DNA of 54,164 nucleotides, the filler included, from Basidioascus undulatus (lineage: Eukaryota), in assembly GCA_000826855.1 (NCBI GenBank). It is 4 parts of 4 records of this genome, joined end to end, with 100 filler letters (N's around TTAATTAATTAA, not from the genome) between each part and the next. Parts side by side here need not be neighbours in the genome. Positions count along the whole stretch, not along the records: positions 40,736 to 54,164 come from JTLS01000813.1; 3 more parts are not named here. The stretch is one strand, 5' to 3'. The translations under genes and the position numbers were made by a program. The notes under the pieces were generated by a model that saw only the letters and a program-made list of their open reading frames with translations, made no database searches and was not told the origin of the DNA. This document shows, one piece after another, positions 53,278 through 54,164 of this stretch. Within the stretch, counting starts at the first letter, position 1. The number at the start of each line of letters is the position of its first letter.

Positions 53278-54164
53278 GGGTCGGGTTGAGGGATGGGGTG
53301 GGCGGCGCGTGCAGTGGGTAGAAGAGGAGAGGATGAAAAGAGAGGATGGCGATACCCCTATTACTTACTATTTACTGAATTAGTGTTGAGTTGTAGGCGA
53401 TGCGGCAGGATAAGGGCGATGAGTGTGTGGCAGTGGACGCGTGCAGCTACTTTATATCAGACTGCAGTCGACGCGCGAAGTGTTGAGCGTTGTTGCTCAC
53501 TCAAGGTTGGACCCCCTTTCTTGCAGGTAAATGTAAGGGGCATTTTTCAAATCACAAAGGTACTCCTGGGATAGGGAAAGGCTCGAGTTGAACAGCATCC
53601 TGGCAGTCCTCGGCCGCAGGCAGAGATCAGCTGCAGTACAGTTCACCGTGTCGGCGTGCGGTCGCTTGGATGCTCCCAATAATCTCTTGGACATTTGGTG
53701 CGATAGCATTTCGGTGAGCTCCACGTTCTGAATGCGGAATACACAACTCGCCGGGAGCCATTTCGTGTCGTTCTGTCTCTCACACGAGTTACGAAACTGA
53801 CAACACCGACGTCGAATTTGAGGGTTCAGGCACGCAAGCATCACAGTCAACAAAAGTTCATTTCCCGCAGACCCAGTCCGTATTTTAACCCGCGACCGTT
53901 TCTGAACATCATGAAAACATGTCGGAATAGACGGCGCGCAAACCCGGCACGTTACGTCTCAAGCATCGCCACACATCGCTTCACAGCTCCAGCCACAGCA
54001 TGGCTCTTGATAATTAGATACACTTCTTGTTTGAGATGTCTATGCCGCAAATATACTCCTCTTCCCGCGAACCGTTGCCGGTACTATCGTGTTTACAGTA
54101 AGCCCGCGCACAGGTGCATCTTCACCTCGACCGGCCAAGTTTTGTCAATATTTTTTTTTGGGGG

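Overview
Eukaryotic DNA from an intron-rich, GC-rich basidiomycete fungus (GTGCGT/GTGAGT donors, CTRAC branch sites, ~50-90 nt introns). The window is not one locus. It is four probably unrelated contigs (13496, 13475, 13464 and 13429 bp, in descending length) joined by artificial 100-nt N44-TTAATTAATTAA-N44 spacers. Contig 1: tRNA-Asp, a decayed F-box-like gene, and two divergently oriented EF-1alpha paralogues with a GCGTCTTC minisatellite between them. Contig 2: truncated tRNA-Lys, a small hypothetical gene, three tandem F-box-like paralogues at different stages of decay, RFC5, a Dal5-type MFS permease and a truncated protein with SIM-like motifs. Contig 3: 3' end of a CCDC174/DUF4078-like gene, three F-box-like pseudogenes, a TauD/JLP1 dioxygenase and an amine-transporter-like MFS. 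Contig 4: eIF3f 3' end, a DUF1295 fragment, cornichon (ERV14), a PTRHD1-like hydrolase, an F-box-like pseudogene, an NAD-dependent epimerase pseudogene and a Pro-rich protein. The main signals are the inverted TEF1 duplication with a possible conversion tract, and rapid birth-and-death of lineage-specific F-box-like genes (about 8 loci, only 1 intact). I found no convincing novel multi-gene system, CRISPR array or intact mobile element. Family assignments come from motif recognition, not database searches.
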